Assembly (NCBI GenBank): GCA_051652445.1
Contig: JBOFUF010000131.1
Span: forward strand, 1 to 33,437
From: Shewanella sp.
GTDB taxonomy: Bacteria > Pseudomonadota > Gammaproteobacteria > Enterobacterales > Shewanellaceae
DNA: 33,437 bases
Direction of reading: 5' to 3'
Below are positions 19,342 through 29,708 of the stretch, one piece after another. Both the position numbers and the translations under genes were made by a program. The notes under the pieces are model-generated. The model was given only the letters and a program-made list of their open reading frames with translations, did not search any database and was not told where the DNA came from. Every line of letters starts with the position of its first letter. Position 1 is the stretch's first letter.

Positions 19342-19857
19342 ATGGTAATGCTCAATACCGAACATGCTAACTTTCCCCGTGCGGGGTTCTTTCGTCGCCT
19401 AGGCGCTGCCGTTTACGATTCAATGTTAGCCGTGGCCGTATTTATGGTTGCTGGGGCACTCGGTTTTGGGGGGTTCTTTGGCCTTACCACTTCAGAGCTT
19501 ATCAGTATGAACGGCTTTGAGCATGTCTCGGACGCTCTCAATGGTACGCCAATTTACCAAGCAACTTACCAACTATGGTTAGCCTTATGTGTCAGTACTT
19601 TCTACAGCTTATTTTGGAGTCGAGGTGGCCAAACCTTAGGTATGCGCGCTTGGCGGCTTAAGGTCCAACATCCTAATGGCCAAAATTTAAGCCTCGTCAC
19701 GGCCTACGCTCGCATCATTTGGTCACTGCTCGGCATTGGTAATTTATGGATTGTAATCAACGATGATAAGCGTGCGCTGCAGGATAGGATGACCCGTTCA
19801 GAAGTGGTTGTGCTGTCTAAAGAAGCCAACCAAATGCGTAACTGGCATGGGGCTTAA
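19342..19857 (+). CDS. RDD-family membrane protein
   Basis: AGFFRRLGAAVYD, GQTLGMRAWRLKV, LQDRMTRSEVV; typical neighbour of lptG. Confidence 0.92.
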   Translation: MVMLNTEHANFPRAGFFRRLGAAVYDSMLAVAVFMVAGALGFGGFFGLTTSELISMNGFEHVSDALNGTPIYQATYQLWLALCVSTFYSLFWSRGGQTLGMRAWRLKVQHPNGQNLSLVTAYARIIWSLLGIGNLWIVINDDKRALQDRMTRSEVVVLSKEANQMRNWHGA

Positions 19858-19878
19858 GTTTATTGCTAGTCAACTTAC

Positions 19879-19918
19879 GCCCATAAAAAACGACGCTAAT
19901 GCGTCGTTTTTTATGGGC
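19879..19918. terminator. Bidirectional intrinsic terminator between the RDD gene and lptG
   Basis: GCCCATAAAAAACGACGC-TAAT-GCGTCGTTTTTTATGGGC, a perfect 18-bp inverted repeat. Confidence 0.92.
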
Positions 19919-19956
19919 TATTTTTATGAACACAATCTAGCATAACAGCGTGGATC

Positions 19957-21015
19957 TCATCGCCGGATAAAGTAGAAGGCAATCCCCGTAAATAACAGAC
20001 TCGGTGCAACTGCCCCCACATAGGCGGGTAGCTCATACACTATGCTCATCGGACCAAAAATCTCGTTACTGATATAAAAGCTAAAACCGGCCACAACCCC
20101 AAGCAATACCCGTGCACCCATCGTCACCGTCCGTAGCGGACCAAATACAAACGACAGCGCGACTAACATCATCACTGCCACGGTAATGGGTTGCATCATC
20201 TTACGCCACAAAGCAAGCTCATAACGGCTAGGATCTTGGCTGTTGCTTTTAAGGTAATCAAGATAATCAACCAGACCGCGGATAGATAATGCCTCAGGTT
20301 TAATCGACACCACACTGAGTTTATCTGGGGTTAAACTCGACTGCCATTCATCCACTTCCAAATGCTCAAGTACGACTTTCTCATAGCTTAAATCGGTGCG
20401 TTTGACGTCAAACAAACGCCAGTGGTCTTGGGAAAATACCGCTCGGTCAGCGTGAACAACGTTCGTCAGCTTAAGTTCACTATTAAATTTATAAAGCGTG
20501 ATATTGCGGAGTTTATTGGCATTTTCAACTTCACCAATATTGACGAACAAATCACCATCTTTTGCCCAAATGCCACGATGAGACTTAATTAAACTGCCGC
20601 TAGAGAGTTTTACAGCTTGCAAGTGATTCGCTTTTTGCTCAGCAATCGGTGCGCCCCACTCACCTAATACCATCACCAATAACATCAAGGGCACAGCGGT
20701 TTTCATCGCCGACATAGTGATCTGTAGACGTGACATGCCAGAAGCTTGCATGACCACAAGTTCCGAATTTGATGCCAGCATTCCCATGCCAATTAACGCG
20801 CCCAATAACACTGCCATGGGAAAAAACATCTCAATATCCCGTGGCACTAAATAGAAGACATAGATACCAGCATCCATCATGCTGTAGGTTCCACGGCCAA
20901 CTAAACGCAGTTGATCAACCCACTTAATAATGCCCGACAAACCCGTCAATACCAGTAGACAAAGTGCAGAAGTGCTTAACAGAATTCTGGCGATATAGAG
21001 GTCTAATATCTTCAT
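19957..21015 (-). CDS. lptG: LPS export ABC transporter permease LptG
   Basis: MKILDLYIAR, SELVVMQASG, GIWAKDG, SFVFGPLR; overlaps lptF by 4 bp. Confidence 0.95.
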   Translation of the reverse strand: MKILDLYIARILLSTSALCLLVLTGLSGIIKWVDQLRLVGRGTYSMMDAGIYVFYLVPRDIEMFFPMAVLLGALIGMGMLASNSELVVMQASGMSRLQITMSAMKTAVPLMLLVMVLGEWGAPIAEQKANHLQAVKLSSGSLIKSHRGIWAKDGDLFVNIGEVENANKLRNITLYKFNSELKLTNVVHADRAVFSQDHWRLFDVKRTDLSYEKVVLEHLEVDEWQSSLTPDKLSVVSIKPEALSIRGLVDYLDYLKSNSQDPSRYELALWRKMMQPITVAVMMLVALSFVFGPLRTVTMGARVLLGVVAGFSFYISNEIFGPMSIVYELPAYVGAVAPSLLFTGIAFYFIRR

Positions 21016-22124
21016 GCCGCCACCTTCTTTTTGGCAAGCAGAAGCGATATACGACTCAATAGCGGTCTATCTTTGCCAAGCAAAAACAATCCCATCAACA
21101 GCGCCGAAACATGGATCCACCACATACCTAAATACAACGGAATAATCCCATCTTGTAATGCCTTACGCCCGGCGACCATTAGTCCAAAATAGCCAAGGTA
21201 TAAGAGTACTGCTGGGAACATCTTAGCAAACTTCCCTTGGCGCACATTCACCCGTGCCAACGGTACTGCAATCAAGGTCATAATTGGAATCGCCAGCGGG
21301 ATAGCAAGGCGCCAATGAAATTCGGCAACGGCTTCTGCGCTCTCTATTTTGACGAGTTCATCAACGGGCAACGCAGATAACTTGCGACGACGTTCATCAA
21401 CTTGCTGTTCTTTAATTTGCATTTTATAACCGCCAAATTCGATCATTTGGTAGTTTTTCGCCTTTGGGCTGCCTTGATAACGTACGCCGTCAGTCAAGTT
21501 CAATTGCTGAGCGCCAGAACTGTCTTCCTGTACTCGGCCCTCTTTCGCCACCACCACATTCGTCACGCCGGTTTCATCATCAGGATCGGGCAACTGCGCC
21601 ACAAACACTTTATTCAACTCGTTATCTTTACCAATACGCTCAACGAATAATACCGCGCGACCATTAGGACTGGCTTGAAAGCGCCCTTGCACTAAAGCAG
21701 ACAGTCCAGCTTCAGACTGCGCTTTTTCGAGCACTTGGTTTTGCCGTTCCTCAGCCCAAGGGGCGACGTAAAGGGACAAATAGCCCGTAAACACCATATT
21801 GATCAGGGCAAGAATTAACGTCACACGCGTAACATACCACTCACTGACACCGACACCGTGAAGAATGACCATCTCATTTTCGGCATACATACGACCATGG
21901 GCCAGTAAAATACCCAAAAACAAACTTAATGGCAGAACTAAGATCACCAGATAGGGCAGGTTGAGGCCAATCAAGGTCATGATTAAAGAGGTGGGAAAAT
22001 CGCCGTCGGAGGCATCGGCCAATATACGCACAAAATGCTGGCTAATAAAAATAGTTAACAGCACTAAAAGTACCGCAATTTGTGCCTTTAAAACTTCTCG
22101 AATAAGATATTTAAATACAATCAC
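21012..22124 (-). CDS. lptF: LPS export ABC transporter permease LptF
   Basis: MIVFKYLIRE, GRMYAENEM, AEFHWRLAIP, NVRQGKF; divergent from pepA. Confidence 0.95.
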   Translation of the reverse strand: MIVFKYLIREVLKAQIAVLLVLLTIFISQHFVRILADASDGDFPTSLIMTLIGLNLPYLVILVLPLSLFLGILLAHGRMYAENEMVILHGVGVSEWYVTRVTLILALINMVFTGYLSLYVAPWAEERQNQVLEKAQSEAGLSALVQGRFQASPNGRAVLFVERIGKDNELNKVFVAQLPDPDDETGVTNVVVAKEGRVQEDSSGAQQLNLTDGVRYQGSPKAKNYQMIEFGGYKMQIKEQQVDERRRKLSALPVDELVKIESAEAVAEFHWRLAIPLAIPIMTLIAVPLARVNVRQGKFAKMFPAVLLYLGYFGLMVAGRKALQDGIIPLYLGMWWIHVSALLMGLFLLGKDRPLLSRISLLLAKKKVAA

Positions 22125-22366
22125 AGGCAGGATCCGGTAGCTAAACTTGTCTTTTTACTGGTAACAGACTAACTTTCATGTAAACTGTTTACTTTTGATA
22201 GTTTTCTGACCAGATTCAGGGGTTCTAGGTAAACTTAACGTCACTAAATACGTGACTCAAGCACCGAGAATCAATCACCTTTGGAGTCATAACTTAAGCC
22301 CTTTCGGGACAAGCCGACATTATCCAATAAATATAAAAATTTGTCTTTAAGAATCTAGGAGTGCTC

Positions 22367-23875
22367 ATGGAGTTTAGCGTAAAGAGCGGTAGCCCCGAAA
22401 AACAACGCTCAGCCTGTATCGTGGTCGGTGTTTATGAACCCCGTCGTCTGTCGGGTATCGCGGAGCAATTAGATAAAATTAGTGAAGGTTATATCAGTAA
22501 CCTATTGCGTCGTGGCGATCTGGAAGGTAAGCCTGGTCAGATTTTATTGCTACACCATGTTCCTAACGTATTGAGCGAACGTGTATTATTAGTCGGTTGT
22601 GGCAAAGAACGCGAGCTAGACGAGCGCCAATACAAGCAAATTATCACCAAAACAATCAATACCCTGAACGAAACGGGTTCAATGGAAGCGGTTTGCTTCT
22701 TAACTGAACTCCACGTTAAAGGACGCGATACTTATTGGAAAGTACGCCAAGCGGTAGAAACCACTAACAGCAGTCTTTATAGTTTTGATGCACTGAAAAG
22801 CCGCAAAGGTGAAACTCGCCGTCCCCTGCGTAAATTAGTCTTCAATGTTCCGACTCGCCGAGAATTAACGTTGGGTGAACGCGCTATCGAGCATGGTATG
22901 GCGGTATCTGCCGGCATGCATTTATGCCGCGATGTGGCCAACATGCCACCGAACATCTGTAATCCAGCCTATTTAGCCTCTCAAGCACGCCAAATGGCGG
23001 AAATACACGACAGTCTGCATGTCACCACGATTGGTGAGGAGCAAATGGCCAAACTGGGCATGAACTCATACCTTGCCGTCGGTCGCGCCAGTGCCAATGA
23101 GTCCATCATGACTGTGATGGAGTACAAGGGGGCTGTCGACAGCACTGAAAAACCCATCGTATTAATCGGTAAGGGCCTAACCTTTGACTCTGGCGGCATT
23201 TCATTAAAACCTGGCGAAGCCATGGACGAAATGAAATACGACATGGGCGGTGCCGCAGGGGTTATCGGCACGATGAAAGCCATCTGTGATATGAAATTAT
23301 CTATCAACGTTGTGGGCATTCTGGCAGGCTGTGAAAACATGCCGTCGGGTAATGCTTACCGTCCGGGTGATATTCTGACCACTATGTCAGGCCAAACCGT
23401 TGAAGTGCTTAATACCGATGCTGAAGGCCGTTTAGTCCTATGTGACGTATTAACCTATGTTGAGCGTTTCGATCCTGAACTGGTTATCGATGCTGCGACC
23501 CTGACCGGCGCATGTGTGATTGCCCTTGGTAAACACGCATCGGGTCTGTTCTCATCACATAACCCGCTGGCACATGAGCTATTAAGTGCCGGTGAGCAAA
23601 GTGGTGACCGCGCATGGCGCATGCCATTATGGGATGAGTATCAAGATATGCTCGACAGCCCATTTGCTGACATGACCAACTTAGGTGGCCGTCCAGCTGG
23701 TGCTATCACAGCAGCATGTTTCCTCTCGCGCTTTGCTAAAAAGTACAATTGGGCTCACTTAGACGTTGCGGGTACAGCGTGGAATAGCGGTGCCAATAAA
23801 GGCTCTACCGGTCGTCCAGTACCACTATTGACTCAGTTCCTGATCAATCGTGCTGGCGTTGAACTCGGCGAATAA
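22367..23875 (+). CDS. pepA: Leucyl aminopeptidase A (family M17)
   Basis: [46 protein letters not shown]; AGGAG RBS before ATG 22367. Confidence 0.97.
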   Translation: MEFSVKSGSPEKQRSACIVVGVYEPRRLSGIAEQLDKISEGYISNLLRRGDLEGKPGQILLLHHVPNVLSERVLLVGCGKERELDERQYKQIITKTINTLNETGSMEAVCFLTELHVKGRDTYWKVRQAVETTNSSLYSFDALKSRKGETRRPLRKLVFNVPTRRELTLGERAIEHGMAVSAGMHLCRDVANMPPNICNPAYLASQARQMAEIHDSLHVTTIGEEQMAKLGMNSYLAVGRASANESIMTVMEYKGAVDSTEKPIVLIGKGLTFDSGGISLKPGEAMDEMKYDMGGAAGVIGTMKAICDMKLSINVVGILAGCENMPSGNAYRPGDILTTMSGQTVEVLNTDAEGRLVLCDVLTYVERFDPELVIDAATLTGACVIALGKHASGLFSSHNPLAHELLSAGEQSGDRAWRMPLWDEYQDMLDSPFADMTNLGGRPAGAITAACFLSRFAKKYNWAHLDVAGTAWNSGANKGSTGRPVPLLTQFLINRAGVELGE

Positions 23876-23914
23876 CCGCTTATTGGTCTGAATATTGTAA
23901 AGTTCAGATAAATC

Positions 23915-23945
23915 AAAGGCGAAGATAAATTTCTTCGCCTTTTTT
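23915..23945 (+). terminator. Intrinsic terminator after pepA
   Basis: AAAGGCGAAGA-TAAATT-TCTTCGCCTTT followed by further Ts. Confidence 0.85.
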
Positions 23946-24215
23946 GTTGGTTATTTTATGCTGCATAGTCATTTGCTGAATAACGCGTTGAGTAAAAAAA
24001 TGAGCACAACCATAGGGCTTAGAATCGATTTTCAATGAGCGACTACCCGACCAACGTCATCTCAAGTGGCTTAACCGCGTCACATTCACTCCCGCAAGAC
24101 TGCGATGAATAACACCTCAGCGCTAGGTTTATACCAAGCATTAACCCATGCTGATTTTTAGTGTAAACTGCCTCTTATGTTCGCCACTAAAACAAATGAG
24201 CAAGGCATTGAAATA

Positions 24216-24719
24216 ATGACTCAAGTACTGTTTTATCTCATGCCGTCAGTGGTTTCACCTGCCACAGCCAAGGCTGATTCAGCGGTTGCAACCGCCAATG
24301 CGAACCTTGCTCTTGACGAGATGTATCTATTGGCATGCCAACTGGCACAGCAGGCTTTTGTGAAGCAACAATGGGTCTATATCCATTGCCAAGATAAGCA
24401 ACAAGCCCATGCCATTGATGAGCTTTTATGGCAGTTTGAGCCCAGTGCTTTTGTGCCTCACAACCTCAAAGGGGAAGGGCCGATGACGGGATCGCCGGTT
24501 GAAATTGGCTTTGATCGTCTCGGCGCGAACAAAAGTCGCCAAGTTCTGATTAATCTTGCAGACCAAGCGCCCCCATTTGCGGTAAACTTTAGCCACATTA
24601 TCGATTTTGTTGCCAATGACATTCAGCATAAAGCGGTCGCTCGCGAACGTTATCGACAGTATCGCGGCTTAGGGGTCAATTTACAGACCCAAGACTTAGC
24701 AACACATCCACTTAATTAG
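24216..24719 (+). CDS. holC: DNA polymerase III chi subunit
   Basis: MTQVLFY, IDELLWQFEPSAFVPH, LINL, ARERYRQYR; lies between pepA and valS. Start is 24216 or 24177. Confidence 0.92.
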   Translation: MTQVLFYLMPSVVSPATAKADSAVATANANLALDEMYLLACQLAQQAFVKQQWVYIHCQDKQQAHAIDELLWQFEPSAFVPHNLKGEGPMTGSPVEIGFDRLGANKSRQVLINLADQAPPFAVNFSHIIDFVANDIQHKAVARERYRQYRGLGVNLQTQDLATHPLN

Positions 24720-24739
24720 TTTGAGACAGACACGTTCCC

Positions 24740-27616
24740 ATGGAAAAAACATACGATCCGCAGTCCATCGAGCAAACGCTTTACCAAAACTGGGAAGAGC
24801 AAGGTTATTTCAAGCCACACGGCGATGAATCCCAAGGCAACTATTGCATCATGATCCCGCCACCTAACGTGACGGGCAGCTTGCATATGGGTCATGCCTT
24901 CCAAGACACCATCATGGATACCTTAACCCGTTACCAACGGATGAAAGGCAAAAATACCCTTTGGCAAGTAGGTACTGACCATGCAGGCATCGCCACCCAA
25001 ATGCTGGTTGAGCGTAAACTTGAGGCCGAAGAAGGCAAGACTCGTCACGATTTAGGTCGCGATGCCTTTATGGATAGAGTGTGGGAATGGAAAGCGCAAT
25101 CAGGCGGCACGATCACTAAGCAGTTACGTCGTATGGGCGCTTCTGTTGATTGGGACCGCGAACGCTTCACTATGGATGAAGGCTTGTCTAAAGCGGTTCA
25201 GGAAGTGTTTGTGCGTCTTTATGACGACGAGTTGATTTATCGCGGTAAGCGTTTGGTCAACTGGGATCCCAAGCTGCACACCGCTATCTCTGATCTTGAA
25301 GTAGAAAGCAAAGAAAAACAGGGTCACATGTGGCACCTGCGTTACCCTCTGGCCGATGGTGAATTGACCGCCGATGGTAAAGACTATTTGGAAGTCGCTA
25401 CCACACGCCCAGAAACCATGCTCGGCGATAGTGCCGTTGCAGTGCATCCCGATGATGAACGCTATCAAGCCCTGGTCGGTAAATTTATTCTGTTGCCAAT
25501 TGTTAACCGCCGCATTCCTATCGTGGCTGACGATTACGTCGACATGGCCTTTGGTACCGGTTGCGTAAAGATCACCCCAGCCCATGACTTTAACGACTAT
25601 GAAGTCGGTAAACGTCACCACCTGCCCATGTTTAACGTGCTGACCTTAGATGCGGCTATTCGCACCAGTGCCGAAGTGGTTAACTCTGACGGCACCTTTA
25701 ACAAAACCCTCGATGGCCGCTTGCCTGAGCGCTTTGCTGGACTGGATCGTTTTAAAGCGCGCGATGCTATTGTCACCGAATTTGACACCTTAGGTCTGCT
25801 CGAAAAAATCGCGCCGCACGCCCTAAAAGTCCCTTATGGTGATCGTTCAGGTGTGGTTATCGAGCCGATGCTGACCGACCAATGGTATGTGGCTGTTGCA
25901 CCAATGGCGAAAACCGCTATCGAAGCCGTTGAAAATGGCAGCATCAAATTTGTACCACAGCAATACGAGAACATGTATTTCTCATGGATGCGTGACATTC
26001 AAGATTGGTGTATTTCGCGTCAATTGTGGTGGGGTCATCGTATCCCTGCTTGGTACGACGAAAATGGTAAAGTTTATGTGGGTCGCAACGAAGCCGAAGT
26101 GCGCGCGAAACACAATATCACCGACACTATGGCGCTGCGCCAAGATGAAGACGTACTGGACACTTGGTTCAGCTCAGCACTGTGGACATTTTCTACATTA
26201 GGTTGGCCTGACAATTTAGAAGATTTAAAAACCTTCCACCCAACTGATGTGTTGGTCACAGGTTTTGACATCATCTTCTTCTGGGTTGCCCGTATGATCA
26301 TGATGACCATGCACTTCATCAAAGATGAAGATGGTAAGCCACAAGTCCCGTTCAAAACCGTTTATGTGACTGGCCTTATCCGCGATGAAGCGGGTAACAA
26401 GATGTCAAAATCTAAGGGCAACGTACTTGACCCATTAGACATGATCGATGGTATAGGTCTTGAAGATCTGGTTGAGAAACGTACCGGCAACATGATGCAG
26501 CCACAACTGGCAGCCAAGATTGAAAAGAGTACCCGCAAAGAATTTGACGGCGGTATAGAAGCCCATGGCACAGATGCGCTGCGCTTTACGCTTGCGGCAA
26601 TGGCATCAACGGGTCGTGACATCAACTGGGACATGAAGCGCTTAGACGGCTACCGTAGCTTCTGTAACAAGTGATGGACCGCTTCCCGTTATGTGCTGAT
26701 GAACACAGAAGCTCAAGATTGTGGCCCTGGGTCACCCGAGCATAAAGGCGGCGAACTAGAGCTGTCGTTGGCCGACCGCTGGATTATCGGCTTATTCAAT
26801 CAAACCGTTAAGACCTTTGACGATCACATGACGGCCTACCGTTTCGACTTAGCGGCCAATACTCTGTATGAGTTCACTTGGAATCAGTTCTGTGATTGGT
26901 ACTTAGAACTCACGAAACCGGTATTACAAAATGGCAGCGAAGCCCAAATGCGCGGCACCCGCCACACCTTGGTGACTGTGCTTGAGGCGCTTCAACGTCT
27001 TATGCACCCTATCATGCCATATATCACTGAAACCATTTGGCAGCGCGTTAAACCGTTAGCCGGTGTCGCAGGTGATACCATTATGCTGGCTCCGTTCCCA
27101 ACATTTGATGCCGCGAAAGTCGATAGCGCCGCCATGGCCGATTTAGAGTGGGTTAAGCAAGTCATCGTCGCGGTACGTAACATTCGCGCCGAACTGAACA
27201 TTGCCCCCTCTAAGCCGCTAAATGCGCTACTACGGGGTGTGAATGCACAGGACAAGGCGCGTATTGAAGCCAACCAAACCTTCTTCACCACCCTTGCTCG
27301 CCTAGAAAGCATGACCATTTTAGCCGATGGCGAAACCGCGCCTATGTCGACCACAGGTTTGATTGGCGAAATGGAGCTGCTGATCCCGATGGCAGGCTTA
27401 ATCGATGTGGCTGCCGAAATGGCTCGTATCGACAAACAGCTTGAAAAGCTCGGCCAAGAGATCGCTCGCATTGAAGGCAAGTTGTCAAACCAAGGCTTCG
27501 TGGCAAAAGCCCCTGCCGAAGTGATAGACAAAGAGCGCGCCAAAATGACCGACCTCAAGCGTGACATTGATAAGCTCAACGAACAAAAATCTGAGTTCGC
27601 TAAGTTAGACGCGTAA
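24740..27616 (+). CDS. valS: Valine--tRNA ligase, interrupted by an in-frame TGA at 26672-26674 in this sequence
   Basis: [13 protein letters not shown] (HIGH), [23 protein letters not shown]. Track ORFs 24740..26674 and 26693..27616 are in the same frame; the junction reads [14 protein letters not shown] against the conserved FCNKLWNASR. Confidence 0.95.
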
Positions 27617-27645
27617 TGTTATAGATTATGGTGTTCGAATAGACT

Positions 27646-27673
27646 GAAGGGCAGCCACTAGGCTGCCCTTCTT
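27646..27673 (+). terminator. Intrinsic terminator after valS
   Basis: GAAGGGCAGCC-ACTA-GGCTGCCCTTC then TT. Confidence 0.8.
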
Positions 27674-27802
27674 ATATACCCAAACAACCTGAAGATGCTG
27701 GATTGCGCAGCTGATGTTAACGCAATGGTAACCTTCTTTAGGTAAGGCCATATATGGCTCCTGCCTAAATGGCCCTCACACCATATATGGCGATTGCGGT
27801 TA
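27673..27802. repeat. Second ERIC-like end followed by nested palindromes
   Basis: TATATACCCAAACAACCTGAAGA start shared with 14928; CCATATATGG occurs at 27748 and 27781. The right boundary is uncertain. Confidence 0.55.
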
Positions 27803-28232
27803 TTTGCAGACCGAGTGGGCTAAGTTAACCATAACCAACGCAGTATAAATACCCTATCACGTCAAGCCTGCCATTAAAAACCTCGTCATGACTCAGCAAC
27901 ACTCTCTATGCGGCCCATTAGAGCTCACAAGCGCCCAGCCATTGCGAATATGGTTTATCCCTCAACCATAAGCGCTGTGCCACTACAAAGCTCAGCTAAC
28001 ACACTCAGAGGTGCAGTGAGAGACTGGCAAAACGAGGCTGACATAACGACGCTCTCTCGTCATGGACTATTGCGTAGATAAAAAGAAAATCACTGTATTA
28101 GGGGGGAATCAAAAAGCAGTATTTAAACCGATATAGCTTAAGATAACAGAGGTATAGCATGCTTGATCGACTGCGGATTTACCCAAAAGAAGAGATAGAA
28201 GACTGCCAAGCCAACGCAGCATCAACACAAAT

Positions 28233-28262
28233 AAAAAAGCCCTGCAATTGCTTGCAGGGCTT
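28233..28262 (-). terminator. Intrinsic terminator of the tRNA operon
   Basis: Minus strand AAGCCCTGCAA-GCAA-TTGCAGGGCTT-TTTT, 7 nt after the last CCA. Confidence 0.9.
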
Positions 28263-28269
28263 ATCTATA

Positions 28270-28346
28270 TGGTGCGCGTGGAAGGAGTCGAACCTCCGAC
28301 CGCCTGGTTCGTAGCCAGGTACTCTATCCAGCTGAGCTACACGCGC
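28270..28346 (-). tRNA. tRNA-Arg(ACG)
   Basis: 77 nt GCGCGTGTAGCTCAGCTGGATAGAG...CT-ACG-AA...GGTTCGACTCC...CACGCGCACCA. Confidence 0.97.
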
Positions 28347-28449
28347 AAACTCTTAACAGTACTTCTCATTGTATCTATGCTACCCGATCCGAGAATATGT
28401 ACCTTTATCTAGCAAATTTATTCTATTCCTCTCGACTAAAAGAATAGAA

Positions 28450-28541
28450 TGGCGGAGAAGGAGGGATTCGAACCCTCGATGGGAGTTAAAGCCCATACTC
28501 CCTTAGCAGGGGAGCGCCTTCGGCCACTCGGCCACCTCTCC
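28450..28541 (-). tRNA. tRNA-Ser(GCT)
   Basis: 92 nt GGAGAGGTGGCCGAGTGG...CT-GCT-AA, long variable arm, GGTTCGAATCC, CCA end. Confidence 0.97.
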
Positions 28542-28586
28542 GCGTTTAACGCTTTAAATCAACAAGACGTATCTCGTTAACTATAT

Positions 28587-28663
28587 TGGTGCGCGTGGAA
28601 GGAGTCGAACCTCCGACCGCCTGGTTCGTAGCCAGGTACTCTATCCAGCTGAGCTACACGCGC
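28587..28663 (-). tRNA. tRNA-Arg(ACG)
   Basis: Identical to 28270-28346. Confidence 0.97.
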
Positions 28664-28712
28664 ATGTTAAACGATGAAACATTAATGCGACCTAAACCAC
28701 ATTAATTTAAAT

Positions 28713-28789
28713 TGGTGCGCGTGGAAGGAGTCGAACCTCCGACCGCCTGGTTCGTAGCCAGGTACTCTATCCAGCTGAGCTACACGCGC
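28713..28789 (-). tRNA. tRNA-Arg(ACG)
   Basis: Identical to 28270-28346. Confidence 0.97.
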
Positions 28790-28876
28790 ATTTTAACTTT
28801 CTGCTACAAGCAATTATCTACAAAATTTCTTAGTGAAATTCAAAACTGATGAGTTAAATATTAACTAATGCAGAAA

Positions 28877-28953
28877 TGGTGCGCGTGGAAGGAGTCGAAC
28901 CTCCGACCGCCTGGTTCGTAGCCAGGTACTCTATCCAGCTGAGCTACACGCGC
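28877..28953 (-). tRNA. tRNA-Arg(ACG)
   Basis: Identical to 28270-28346. Confidence 0.97.
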
Positions 28954-28997
28954 GACTTGTATCTAAATTTACTTTTACATCAAACACTAATAAAAAA

Positions 28998-29074
28998 TGG
29001 TGCGCGTGGAAGGAGTCGAACCTCCGACCGCCTGGTTCGTAGCCAGGTACTCTATCCAGCTGAGCTACACGCGC
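28998..29074 (-). tRNA. tRNA-Arg(ACG)
   Basis: Identical to 28270-28346. Confidence 0.97.
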
Positions 29075-29096
29075 ACTGTTTTCTATCGTTAAGAAA

Positions 29097-29188
29097 TGGC
29101 GGAGAAGGAGGGATTCGAACCCTCGATGGGAGTTAAAGCCCATACTCCCTTAGCAGGGGAGCGCCTTCGGCCACTCGGCCACCTCTCC
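29097..29188 (-). tRNA. tRNA-Ser(GCT)
   Basis: Identical to 28450-28541; first gene of the operon. Confidence 0.97.
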
Positions 29189-29196
29189 GTTTTCTT

Positions 29197-29231
29197 GGCG
29201 CACATATTACTGTTTGACGAAAATAAGTCAA
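29197..29231 (-). promoter_or_regulatory. Stable-RNA-type sigma70 promoter of the tRNA operon
   Basis: Minus strand TTGACT-16 bp-TAATAT followed by the GC-rich discriminator GTGCGCC, just upstream of tRNA-Ser. Confidence 0.75.
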
Positions 29232-29327
29232 ACCCTTTTTCAGAAACAGATTCCGTTTGAACTGTTTTTAATCACATTGCTGTTATATCAAGCCAATGTA
29301 TTGATTTGCGCCAATCTTTCTCACTAC

Positions 29328-29360
29328 AAAAGAAAAAGTCAGTTAAAAACTGACTCTTCT
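29328..29360 (-). terminator. Intrinsic terminator after csrA
   Basis: Minus strand AGTCAGT-TTTA-ACTGACT stem followed by TTTTCTTTT. Confidence 0.7.
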
Positions 29361-29391
29361 GTTGCCGCAATACTCTTGCAAAGGCAAGGGG

Positions 29392-29589
29392 CTAAAAGTT
29401 ACCACCTTCTGAGGGGGTACCAGATTTTTCAGATTGAATGCGTTGGTAGATTTCTTCACGGTGAACAGAAACCTCTTTTGGTGCATTCACACCTATACGC
29501 ACTTGATTGCCTTTTACCCCTAGCACTGTAACTGTGACTTCATCACCAATCATCAGTGTTTCGCCTACACGACGAGTCAAAATCAGCAT
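29392..29589 (-). CDS. csrA: Carbon storage regulator (RNA-binding protein)
   Basis: [52 protein letters not shown]; AAGGAG RBS. Confidence 0.99.
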
Positions 29590-29708
29590 TCGATAGCTCC
29601 TTTATTTCTTAATTCAGCTTACACACGGCACTCATCCGCTAGATGGGCTCATTATAAGGTCAGCTTAGTACAAATTAATAGTATTCAATACTCAACACGG
29701 TTATTTAA

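Noticed and set aside
26672-26715. Selenocysteine recoding of the valS TGA
   Set aside because: The codon aligns with a conserved Leu, not Cys; the weak downstream hairpin is not a convincing SECIS; and the neighbouring Asn>Thr change points to base-call errors.
27888-28080. Short plus-strand ORFs (27 and 43 codons) between valS and the tRNA terminator
   Set aside because: No RBS, motif or compositional support.
27617-28269. Possible integrative element at the 3' end of the last tRNA
   Set aside because: No integrase and no duplicated tRNA 3' end (att site); the operon terminator directly follows the last tRNA.
28270-29188. Identical repeats with unique spacers resembling a CRISPR array
   Set aside because: The repeats are full 77- and 92-nt tRNA cloverleaves with CCA ends, spacers vary widely in length, and there are no cas genes.
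28876-29531. Track ORFs 28876..29136, 28931..29143 and 29214..29531
   Set aside because: They overlap tRNA genes or are antisense to csrA; spurious frames.
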